A DNA stretch of 64,000 nt, taken from an uncultured Oscillospiraceae bacterium. GTDB lineage: Bacteria; Bacillota; Clostridia; Oscillospirales; CAG-382. The notes beneath the pieces were generated by a model. The model was not told the DNA's origin. It did no database searches and saw only the letters and a program-made list of their open reading frames with translations. This document shows positions 26,082 through 34,608 of this stretch, piece after piece; positions within the stretch are counted from its first letter, which is position 1, and each line of letters begins with the position of its first letter. Position numbers and translations under genes: made by a program. The stretch covers positions 1,691 to 65,690 of the forward strand of contig CAZDVZ010000004.1 in the NCBI GenBank assembly GCA_964509125.1, written 5' to 3'.

Positions 26082-26910
26082 CAACAGATTTGACAGTATT
26101 ATTTTTTCATGTTTTAATGAAGATATGCCCTACGGAGATATTACAACAGAATCGGTTATTAAAGACGGTACATTAGCTGAAGGATATTTCGTTGCCAAAG
26201 ATGACGGCGTTATTTGCGGAATGGAAATTGCGAAACGCGTCTTTGAACTTTCAGGCGGAAATGTTACCCTTGATTGTTTTGTAAAAGATGGAGAAGAGGT
26301 CTCCAAAGGACAAAAGATTGCTTTTGTAAAAGGAGATGCAAAATCCATTTTAATGGGTGAACGAACAGCTTTAAACCTTATGCAAAGAGCAAGTGGAATT
26401 GCAACGGCTACACGAAAAGCGGTTAAAGCCGTAGAGGGTACAAATGCAAAAATAACCGATACAAGAAAAACAATGCCCGGTCTTAGACTTCTTGACAAAT
26501 TTGCAGTTAAGGTTGGAGGGGGATATAACCACAGAACCGGACTTTCCGATGGAGTTTTAATTAAAGATAACCATATTGCAGCAGCAGGTGGAATTGCAAA
26601 CGCAGTTTCATTTGCCAGAAATAATATTCCTCATACTTTAAAAATTGAAGTAGAAACAGAAAATATACAACAGATAAAAGAGGCCCTCGAAGCAAAAGCA
26701 GACATTATTATGCTTGACAACATGAATAACGAACAAATGAAAGAAGCTGTTTTGCTTATTAACGGCAGAGCCATTACCGAAGCAAGCGGAAATATGGGTG
26801 AAAGAGATCTTTTGTCCGTTGCTCAAACCGGTGTTGACATTATTTCCATCGGCGCATTGACTCACTCCGTAAAAGCTTTGGATATCAGCTTGAAATTTTC
26901 GATAATTTAG
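26071..26910 (+). CDS. nadC: Nicotinate-nucleotide pyrophosphorylase (carboxylating)
   Basis: 279 aa. ITDTRKTMPGLR, GGGYNHR, and KIEVETEN (TIM-barrel QPRTase pattern). Confidence 0.9.
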   Translation: MMTNNRFDSIIFSCFNEDMPYGDITTESVIKDGTLAEGYFVAKDDGVICGMEIAKRVFELSGGNVTLDCFVKDGEEVSKGQKIAFVKGDAKSILMGERTALNLMQRASGIATATRKAVKAVEGTNAKITDTRKTMPGLRLLDKFAVKVGGGYNHRTGLSDGVLIKDNHIAAAGGIANAVSFARNNIPHTLKIEVETENIQQIKEALEAKADIIMLDNMNNEQMKEAVLLINGRAITEASGNMGERDLLSVAQTGVDIISIGALTHSVKALDISLKFSII

Positions 26911-26927
26911 TTTATAAGGAGCATAAA

Positions 26928-27935
26928 GTGTTTGAAATCATACTAAAGGATTTGAATATAGATTTTGTTTTTAAATTGTTTGGAACATACGAATCGAATG
27001 TTAAATTAGTTGAAAACGCTCTGTCGGTAAAGCTCTTAAACCGTGGAGACGGTTTGAAAATTCAAGGAGAGGATAGCAAAAATGTTGAAAACGCAAAAAT
27101 TGTTATTCAGCAACTTGAAAAACTATCTCCCGTAAGTTCTGAGCTTGACGAAAACACAATTAACTATGTAATAGCAGAAGTGCTTGAAGGAAAAAGTGAT
27201 GAACTTTCAGCTTTGTACAGTAATTGCATTTGCCTAACGGGAAAAGGAAAGCCTATTAAAGCAAAAACGGTAGGACAGCAAAAATACGTAAATCTTATAA
27301 AAACAAACACAGTAATTATGGGTGTAGGCCCCGCAGGTACCGGTAAAACATTTCTTGCCGTTGCTATGGCGGTAACCGCTTTAAAAGATAAAAAAATCTC
27401 AAAGATAATTTTAACAAGACCTGCCGTTGAAGCAGGTGAAAAGCTGGGCTTTTTACCCGGCGATCTTCAAAGTAAAATTGATCCTTATCTTCGACCCCTT
27501 TATGATGCTTTGGGCGAAATGTTGGGAAATGAAAGTTTTCAAAAACATTTAGAAAAAGGAACCATTGAGATTGCACCGCTTGCTTATATGCGAGGCAGAA
27601 CATTAGATGATGCTTTTATAATACTTGACGAAGCTCAGAATACAACACCCGAACAGATGAAAATGTTTTTAACAAGGCTTGGGAATAATTCAAAAGCCAT
27701 TGTAACCGGAGACGTAACTCAAATAGACCTACCTTTCATGAAAAAAAGCGGATTGATTGAAGCTCTTGATATTTTGGAAGGAATTGACGGCATTGCGATC
27801 TTTCGTTTTTCTCACAAAGATGTTGTAAGACATCCATTGGTTCAAAAGATTATTCTTGCATACGAAAAAAACGATACCAAAAAACGTAAAGAAGGCGAAG
27901 AAAAACAAAAAAGGAGATTTAAACCTCTAAGATGA
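26928..27935 (+). CDS. PhoH-like ATPase (YbeZ family)
   Basis: 335 aa. GTG start after AAGGAG. Walker A GPAGTGKTFLAVA, Walker B ILDEAQN. Conserved phoH-ybeY-era context. Confidence 0.9.
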   Translation: MFEIILKDLNIDFVFKLFGTYESNVKLVENALSVKLLNRGDGLKIQGEDSKNVENAKIVIQQLEKLSPVSSELDENTINYVIAEVLEGKSDELSALYSNCICLTGKGKPIKAKTVGQQKYVNLIKTNTVIMGVGPAGTGKTFLAVAMAVTALKDKKISKIILTRPAVEAGEKLGFLPGDLQSKIDPYLRPLYDALGEMLGNESFQKHLEKGTIEIAPLAYMRGRTLDDAFIILDEAQNTTPEQMKMFLTRLGNNSKAIVTGDVTQIDLPFMKKSGLIEALDILEGIDGIAIFRFSHKDVVRHPLVQKIILAYEKNDTKKRKEGEEKQKRRFKPLR

Positions 27936-28378
27936 CAAAAGTATATTACAAAAACACAACAGACAAAAAAATTTCAAGAAGTACAATTTGCAAAATAAAA
28001 AAAGTTATTAAACTGACTGTCGAAGAATCATATCCCGATCATTTATTTGAAGTTTCCGTAACAATATGTGATGATACCTATATTCATCAATTGAACAAGG
28101 AGTACCGCGGTAAAGATAAATCAACAGATGTTCTCTCCTTCCCTATGCTTGAATTTGACACACCGAATATAGTCACATTACTGGGAGACATTGTTATATC
28201 AGTAGATACGGCAGAAAAACAAGCGCAAGAGTTTGGAAACTCTCTTGAACGAGAATTGTGCTTTCTCGCCGTACATTCTTCCCTGCATCTTTTGGGCTAT
28301 GACCACGAAACAAGTGAAGAAGACGAAAAATACATGTTATCCAAACAAAAAGAAATTTTAGGAAAGGCAGGACTTTAA
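27932..28378 (+). CDS. ybeY: rRNA maturation endoribonuclease YbeY
   Basis: 148 aa. Metal-binding HSSLHLLGYDH. Confidence 0.9.
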   Translation: MTKVYYKNTTDKKISRSTICKIKKVIKLTVEESYPDHLFEVSVTICDDTYIHQLNKEYRGKDKSTDVLSFPMLEFDTPNIVTLLGDIVISVDTAEKQAQEFGNSLERELCFLAVHSSLHLLGYDHETSEEDEKYMLSKQKEILGKAGL

Positions 28379-28379
28379 A

Positions 28380-29276
28380 ATGTCACAAAAGACTGCTTTT
28401 ATCACCATATCAGGAAAACCCAATGTTGGTAAATCCACATTATTAAACGCACTTTTGGGTGAAAAGGTTGCTATAGTTTCAAAAAAACCTCAAACTACCA
28501 GAAACAGAATAACGGGAATACTTACAAAAGGTGAAAACCAATATGTTTTTACTGATACACCCGGACTTCACAAACCGAAAAATCTGTTAGGAAAATACAT
28601 GATGACCGTTGCCGGAAACGCCGCTGCTGATGCAGATATTATTTTCTTTGTAATTGACGTTTCAAGCGGGCCGGTTTCTGATAACGAAAAAGAAACCCTC
28701 AAAAAAATCACAAAAACAAACGAAAATGTTTTTCTCATTATAAACAAGGTTGACAAGACAAATAAAACAGAGATAGCAAAAACAATTTCCTCACTCGCCT
28801 CCGAAATGGAATTTAAAGCGGTTATTCCTATATCCGCATTAAATGGAGAGGGAATTGATATTATTCTTGACGAGGTAGATCCTTTGCTTGTTGAATCTCC
28901 CCACTTTTTTCCGGATGATATATATACCGATCAACCTGAAAGACAAATCGTTGCCGAAATAATTAGAGAAAAATGTCTACGCCTAATGGAAGACGAGATT
29001 CCACACGGTGTCGCCGTAGTTATTGAAGAATTTAAAGAAAAAAAAGATATTCTTTCCATAAGAGCAGAAATATACTGTGAGAAAGAAGCTCATAAAAGAA
29101 TTATAATCGGGAAAAACGGAAGTATGCTTAAAAAAATCGGTATGTATGCCAGAGAAGATGCGGAAGCTGTTTTCGGAACAAGAATATACTTGGATCTTTG
29201 GGTGAAAGTAAAAGAAAATTGGCGCGAAAGACAAAGCCTTGTAAATAATTTTGGCTACAATGAAGCAAATGAATAA
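28380..29276 (+). CDS. era: GTPase Era
   Basis: 298 aa. G1 GKPNVGKST, G3 DTPG, G4 NKVD, and a C-terminal KH domain. Confidence 0.95.
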   Translation: MSQKTAFITISGKPNVGKSTLLNALLGEKVAIVSKKPQTTRNRITGILTKGENQYVFTDTPGLHKPKNLLGKYMMTVAGNAAADADIIFFVIDVSSGPVSDNEKETLKKITKTNENVFLIINKVDKTNKTEIAKTISSLASEMEFKAVIPISALNGEGIDIILDEVDPLLVESPHFFPDDIYTDQPERQIVAEIIREKCLRLMEDEIPHGVAVVIEEFKEKKDILSIRAEIYCEKEAHKRIIIGKNGSMLKKIGMYAREDAEAVFGTRIYLDLWVKVKENWRERQSLVNNFGYNEANE

Positions 29277-30072
29277 TTTTATTTCCGGATTGGTAATAAA
29301 AGAAGAACCATACGGAGAAAAAGCTAAACTTCTCCATGTTTTGACCCAGGACGCAGGCATTTTAAAAATGAAGGCGCCGGGAGCGTATAATCTTAAAAGC
29401 TCAACTCATTCTGCAGTGCAGCTTTTTACTTTTAGCGAATTTTCTTTAGCAAAAGGTAAAAACGGATTTCTCACAATAACAGGTGCCACAGCCAAAAACA
29501 ACTTCTTTGGGATACGAACCAACATAGAAAGCTATGCTTTGGCTTGCTATTTTTCATCTTTAATATCCCGTGTGGCTGTTAATGATATTTCTTCGTCGGA
29601 AATACTAAGATTAACAATGAACTGTCTTTACGCAATGTCTGATTTAAAATACAAACCAGAAAGAGTAAAGCCTATTTTCGAAATAAGACTTGCGGTCATT
29701 TGTGGATTTTCTCCCAATTTTACCAATTGTACCGTGTGCGGATATCCCGCCGAAACCTTTTTGTTCGATTTATTCTCCCCGGGGCTGTTATGTTCAAAAT
29801 GCAAAAACAACTTAGGGAACATGGTAAAAAGTGACAGATATTTTACACTGACAGAAAAAACAATCTCTGTTATTTCTTATTTATCAATTTGCGATATGAA
29901 ACAATTATTTAAGTTTAAGCTTTCCGAAAATGATGAAGTTAAACTTAGAAATTTTGCAGAATCATTTGTTACAACAATTTTTGAGAAAACGCCCAAAACC
30001 CTCACTTTTTATAATCACCTGATGAGGAGTATGCAGAATGAAAAACTTCGACAAAAGCAAGAAAATACTTGA
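29251..30072 (+). CDS. recO: DNA repair protein RecO
   Basis: 273 aa. The start is ambiguous (ATG 29251 or 29269, both overlapping the era stop). N-terminal OB-fold pattern (GLVIKEEPYGEKAKLLHVLT) and a Cys4 zinc motif (CTVCG...CSKC). Confidence 0.85.
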   Translation: MATMKQMNNFISGLVIKEEPYGEKAKLLHVLTQDAGILKMKAPGAYNLKSSTHSAVQLFTFSEFSLAKGKNGFLTITGATAKNNFFGIRTNIESYALACYFSSLISRVAVNDISSSEILRLTMNCLYAMSDLKYKPERVKPIFEIRLAVICGFSPNFTNCTVCGYPAETFLFDLFSPGLLCSKCKNNLGNMVKSDRYFTLTEKTISVISYLSICDMKQLFKFKLSENDEVKLRNFAESFVTTIFEKTPKTLTFYNHLMRSMQNEKLRQKQENT

Positions 30073-32404
30073 ATTTGATAAAATACTTACAAGTGTCGCC
30101 TCTCTTGCCGCTACAGAGGGAGCCAAAAAAGCAATATTAAACACTGTTCCTTCAACTGATGTTATTACCGTTTTAAGGTTACAAAAAGAAACAACAGACG
30201 CAAAGGAACTTTCCGTAAAGAAAGGCCGTCCTCCTTTTGGCGGCGCGAAAGACATTACAGAAGGATTGGAAAGAGCTAAAAAAGATGCAATTCTCTCACC
30301 GCGCGAACTTTTGGACGTGGCATATCTTTTGAGAACAGTTTCATCATTGAAACGCTATTATAGCGGACATGATGAAAACAACTCGCTTAATATTTATTTT
30401 GTTTCTCTGCTTGAAAATCAATATTTAGAAAAGAAGATAACTACATCCATTATCGCAGAAGATCTTATTGCGGACGAAGCTTCTGATGAGCTTTACAGAA
30501 TACGCAAGGAAATAAGAAAATGCGAAAACAGCATAAGAGACACGCTTTCTAAATATACAACAGGTCAAAGATCAAAATACTTGCAAGAAAATATTGTTAC
30601 AATACGCGGCGGAAGATACGTAGTTCCTGTTAAAGCAGAACATAAAAATGAGTTTCCCGGTCTTGTGCATGATTCTTCTTCATCCGGGGCTACCCTATTT
30701 ATTGAGCCCATGGCTATTTTGGAAAGCAACAACAAACTGAGAGAACTTTCAGCAAAAGAAAAATTCGAAATTGAAAAAATTTTGTCAGATCTTTCAACTG
30801 AAGTTGGGAAATTTTCCGGACCTTTAGCCATTAATTATAAAGCAATTTGCGATATCGATACCATATTTGCAAGATCGGAATATTCATACCGACTGAACGC
30901 CTCACCTGTTGAATTTTCAACTGACACAAAAACAATAAAACTGGTAAAAGCGAGGCATCCGCTCCTTCCTAAAGATACGGTTGTACCAACAAGCCTTGAA
31001 TTTGGAGGTAAAACCACTTCTCTCGTTATTACAGGCCCAAACACAGGAGGTAAAACCGTAACTCTTAAAACTATTGGGCTAATGGCTTTGATGGCACAGT
31101 CCGGATTTCATTTACCTGCAAATTATGGTACCGTTTTGCCTATTTTTAATGCATTTTTTCCAGACATAGGCGACGAACAGAGCATTGAACAATCTCTTTC
31201 CACTTTTTCTTCCCACATGGTCAATATCGTTAATATAATAATGAATTGTGATGAGCATTCTTTGGTTTTGTTTGATGAGATCGGCGCCGGTACAGACCCC
31301 GTAGAAGGTGCGGTTCTTGCCATATCAATTTTAGAATTTATAAAACAAAAGGGAGCTTTGCTTGCGGCAACTACCCATTATGCAGAGCTAAAATTATATG
31401 CATTGGAAAACGAAGATGTTTTAAACGCAAGTTGTGAATTTGATGTAGAATCTTTAAAACCAACATACAGGCTTGTGGTGGGGCTTCCCGGAAAATCCAA
31501 CGCATTTGCTATTTCGAGCAGACTTGGTATGCCGAGCCATATAATCGATAGAGCAAAATCGATTATGAAAGAAGAAAATTCAAAATTTGAAGAAGCTATA
31601 AGGAAACTCGAAGAAACAGAAAGCTATTTGGAAAAAGAAAAGCAACGCGCCGCTAAAGCTAAGAATGACGCCGAAGAAATGCTTGCCAAAGCTATGGTAC
31701 GTTGCAAAGAAATGGAAGATAACGCTAAAAGAGAATTGGACAAGGCAAAAGAAAATGCTGCAAGAATTCTTTCGTCCGCCAAATCATCAAGCGATTTTGT
31801 TTATGATGAACTAACGAGACTTCAAAAAGAGAAAGATAAGTCAGACTTAAAGTCTGCGATGGCAGAAGCAAGAAGCAAAATACGCTCTGCCCTTGGTGCC
31901 GCAAGCGAACATCTTTCGGACTTTTCCGAAAATGAAGCTGAGGAAGAAACTTCCCAAGACTTAAAAATCGGAGACAGCGTAAAAATCAAAGGGCTTGATC
32001 AAGTTGTTACAATCCTTGACATAATCGGTGAAAACGCCATTGTTAAAACAGGAATGGCAAAGACAAAAATCAGTCTTTCCAAATTGATACCGGTACCGGA
32101 CGATGTATCTGCAAAAAAATCTTCCAACAAAGGAATTACGGTTCCCCACAGAACCGAAGCGCTTAGCAAAGAAATTGATCTTAGAGGCCAAACCGGAGAT
32201 GATGCGTGGTTTATGGTAGATTCTTATTTGGATTCTGCAAAAATAGCCGGATATGAAACAGTAAGGCTTGTTCACGGAAAAGGGACGGGCGCTTTAAAAG
32301 CGGCACTTTGGAAATATTTAAAAAACGACAAAAGAATCCGCTCCTTCAGGTTGGGCAGATATGGAGAGGGAGACACCGGTGTAACCGTTGTTGAGCTAAA
32401 ATGA
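30038..32404 (+). CDS. mutS2: Endonuclease MutS2
   Basis: 788 aa. Walker A GPNTGGKTV, a coiled-coil linker, and a C-terminal Smr domain (LRGQT...LVHGKGTGALK). Overlaps recO by 35 nt. Confidence 0.95.
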   Translation: MKNFDKSKKILEFDKILTSVASLAATEGAKKAILNTVPSTDVITVLRLQKETTDAKELSVKKGRPPFGGAKDITEGLERAKKDAILSPRELLDVAYLLRTVSSLKRYYSGHDENNSLNIYFVSLLENQYLEKKITTSIIAEDLIADEASDELYRIRKEIRKCENSIRDTLSKYTTGQRSKYLQENIVTIRGGRYVVPVKAEHKNEFPGLVHDSSSSGATLFIEPMAILESNNKLRELSAKEKFEIEKILSDLSTEVGKFSGPLAINYKAICDIDTIFARSEYSYRLNASPVEFSTDTKTIKLVKARHPLLPKDTVVPTSLEFGGKTTSLVITGPNTGGKTVTLKTIGLMALMAQSGFHLPANYGTVLPIFNAFFPDIGDEQSIEQSLSTFSSHMVNIVNIIMNCDEHSLVLFDEIGAGTDPVEGAVLAISILEFIKQKGALLAATTHYAELKLYALENEDVLNASCEFDVESLKPTYRLVVGLPGKSNAFAISSRLGMPSHIIDRAKSIMKEENSKFEEAIRKLEETESYLEKEKQRAAKAKNDAEEMLAKAMVRCKEMEDNAKRELDKAKENAARILSSAKSSSDFVYDELTRLQKEKDKSDLKSAMAEARSKIRSALGAASEHLSDFSENEAEEETSQDLKIGDSVKIKGLDQVVTILDIIGENAIVKTGMAKTKISLSKLIPVPDDVSAKKSSNKGITVPHRTEALSKEIDLRGQTGDDAWFMVDSYLDSAKIAGYETVRLVHGKGTGALKAALWKYLKNDKRIRSFRLGRYGEGDTGVTVVELK

Positions 32405-33102
32405 TGAGTAATGAATTATATTCACGAACTTCCCTATTATTAGGAGAAGAAAAGATAGATAAATTAAAAAATTCTACAGTTGTTATATGCGGACTTGGCG
32501 GTGTTGGAGGATATGTCGCTGAAGCACTTGTCAGGGTCGGCGTTGGAAGAATTATTTTTATTGATATGGATAAAATCGAGCCCTCCAATCTCAATAGACA
32601 AATTCTTGCTACAAGGGATACGGTTGGAATGTCTAAAGCGGTTTCTGCATCAAAAAGAGCCGAAAGCATTAATCCAAACGGAAATTTCATCCCGATTGAA
32701 ACTTTTTTGACACCTGATAACATTCCATTGATCCTTAACGAATATTCGCCGGACTGTGTAGCTGATGCAATAGACAATATAACAGCAAAAGTTTCCCTTG
32801 CTTTTGAATGTGAAAAAAGAAATATTCCGATTATATCATCTATGGGCACCGGAAATAAAAGTGACCCAACAAAATTTAAAGTTTCCGATATTTACAAAAC
32901 GTCTGTTTGTCCATTGGCACGCGCTATGAGACATTTGCTCAAAGAGAAAGGTGTCAAAAAACTCAAGGTGGTTTACAGCGAAGAAATTCCTTCAAAATGC
33001 GACGGTGGCATCGGAACGCTTTCATTTGTCCCTGCTGCTGCCGGACTTGTCATTGCAAAAGAAGTTGTAGACTTTTTACTTTTAAAAAAAGCTGAATTTT
33101 AA
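32401..33102 (+). CDS. tcdA: tRNA threonylcarbamoyladenosine dehydratase (ThiF/E1-like)
   Basis: 233 aa. Rossmann motif VVICGLGGVGGYVAEAL followed by DMDKIEPSNLNRQ. ATGA overlap with mutS2. Confidence 0.85.
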   Translation: MMSNELYSRTSLLLGEEKIDKLKNSTVVICGLGGVGGYVAEALVRVGVGRIIFIDMDKIEPSNLNRQILATRDTVGMSKAVSASKRAESINPNGNFIPIETFLTPDNIPLILNEYSPDCVADAIDNITAKVSLAFECEKRNIPIISSMGTGNKSDPTKFKVSDIYKTSVCPLARAMRHLLKEKGVKKLKVVYSEEIPSKCDGGIGTLSFVPAAAGLVIAKEVVDFLLLKKAEF

Positions 33103-33139
33103 AACTTTTAATGTTAGAATTTTAAAACTTTTAATGTTA
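33094..33139. repeat. Perfect 23-bp tandem duplication, each copy containing a 6-1-6 palindrome
   Basis: GAATTTTAAAACTTTTAATGTTA occurs at 33094-33116 and again at 33117-33139. Each copy contains TTAAAAcTTTTAA, centred at 33105 and 33128. Copy 1 overlaps the tcdA stop codon. Copy 2 ends 6 nt before the -35 box of the ACP promoter. Confidence 0.9.
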
Positions 33140-33145
33140 AATCTA

Positions 33146-33174
33146 TTGAAAAAAACAAAAAAATATTGTATAAT
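33146..33174 (+). promoter_or_regulatory. Sigma-A promoter for the acyl carrier protein gene
   Basis: TTGAAA (33146-33151), 17-nt spacer, TATAAT (33169-33174). Confidence 0.55.
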
Positions 33175-33211
33175 GTAACTTAATATAATTTTCACCTAAA
33201 GGAGACAAAAA

Positions 33212-33433
33212 ATGTTTGAAGAAATCAAAAGCATAATTGCAAAACAACTCAGAATTAACAAAGAGGACATCAAAAACACAGACAGACTTATTGAAGACTT
33301 AGGCGCCGATTCGCTGGAAATGGCAGAGGTTTTAATGACAATTGAAGAAAAATTCGGACTTTACATCACTGACGAAGAGATTGAAAAAATCAAAACAGTT
33401 GGAGACATCGCGAATTATCTTGATAAAATGTAA
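33212..33433 (+). CDS. Acyl carrier protein
   Basis: 73 aa. Phosphopantetheine attachment motif LGADSLEMAEVLMTIEEKFG. SD AAAGGAGA lies 6 nt upstream. There are no fab or pls genes nearby. Confidence 0.85.
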   Translation: MFEEIKSIIAKQLRINKEDIKNTDRLIEDLGADSLEMAEVLMTIEEKFGLYITDEEIEKIKTVGDIANYLDKM

Positions 33434-33471
33434 TTTTATTATCAATCAAAGTTAGGAAAGGGATTTAAGTT

Positions 33472-34608
33472 ATGAAGTGTTTAGTTGGCGGAAAAGTCAT
33501 TTTAAAAGACCGTGTAGCTGAAGGTCTTAATGTTTACTTTGATGAAAAGATCAGAGCTATCACCGCTGAATCGCCGGATGAAAGCTGTCAAATTATTGAT
33601 TGCAAAGGGATGTATGTATCTCCCGGATTTATCGATATACACACCCACGGATATGCTAATACGGATGTTGCCAATGCTGAATATGACGGCATTAAAAATG
33701 TTTCGTACAGAATAGCCGAAAACGGCGTTACGTCTTGGTGCCCCACATCAATTACCGCTCCCATGGAAGAAGTTTTAGAAGTTTTAAATGTAATCAGGAA
33801 AATGATGCCCGAAAGCCGTAAATGGAAAGGCGCGGAAATTTTGGGAGTTAATGTTGAAGGCCCTTTTCTTAATGTTAAAAAGAAAGGCGCACATGATGAA
33901 AAATTGATTATCCCACCTTCTGCAGACGCGATTGAAGGATATGAAGATGTAATAAAACTTATTACCGTTGCTCCCGAAATGGACGATGGATTTAAGAACA
34001 TCAAAAGGATGAAGGAAATGGGAATTGTTGTTTCCTTGGGACACAGTGATGCTAATTATGAAACAGCTATGAATTCTTTCACGGATGGAGGAATAGACCA
34101 CGTAACCCATCTTTTTAACGCACAAACCGGCTTGCTTCACAGAGATCCCGGCATTGTCGGTGCTTCACTCACTGCTGATGTTTACACGGAGCTGATTTGT
34201 GACACTTTCCATGTAAGCAAAAACCTTTTCCCACTCGTTCATAAAATGAAGGGAGACAAGCTCTGTCTCATCACCGACTGTCTGAGAGCAGGAGGAATGC
34301 CTGACGGAAGATATAAATCAGGCCCGCTCAGCTTCAACTTAAACGGCATTAAATGCACATTAGACGACGGAACAATTGCCGGAAGCGTTTTGAAAATGAA
34401 TCAAGGTGTTAAAAACTTCTATGAAAATTCGGGATGCACACTTTGGGAAGCTGTTAACGCTGCTTCGTTGAACCCTGCAAAATCAATAGGCGTTGACAAG
34501 ACAAAAGGTTCTATTGAAATTACAAAAGATGCCGATTTGACCGTATTTGACGAAAACTTCTCAATTAAACTTACAATTTCGGGAGGAATGACTTGTTATG
34601 AAGCTTAA
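33472..34608 (+). CDS. nagA: N-acetylglucosamine-6-phosphate deacetylase
   Basis: 378 aa. Amidohydrolase pattern PGFIDIHTHG, VEGPFLN, GHSDA, and HLFNA. Confidence 0.9.
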   Translation: MKCLVGGKVILKDRVAEGLNVYFDEKIRAITAESPDESCQIIDCKGMYVSPGFIDIHTHGYANTDVANAEYDGIKNVSYRIAENGVTSWCPTSITAPMEEVLEVLNVIRKMMPESRKWKGAEILGVNVEGPFLNVKKKGAHDEKLIIPPSADAIEGYEDVIKLITVAPEMDDGFKNIKRMKEMGIVVSLGHSDANYETAMNSFTDGGIDHVTHLFNAQTGLLHRDPGIVGASLTADVYTELICDTFHVSKNLFPLVHKMKGDKLCLITDCLRAGGMPDGRYKSGPLSFNLNGIKCTLDDGTIAGSVLKMNQGVKNFYENSGCTLWEAVNAASLNPAKSIGVDKTKGSIEITKDADLTVFDENFSIKLTISGGMTCYEA

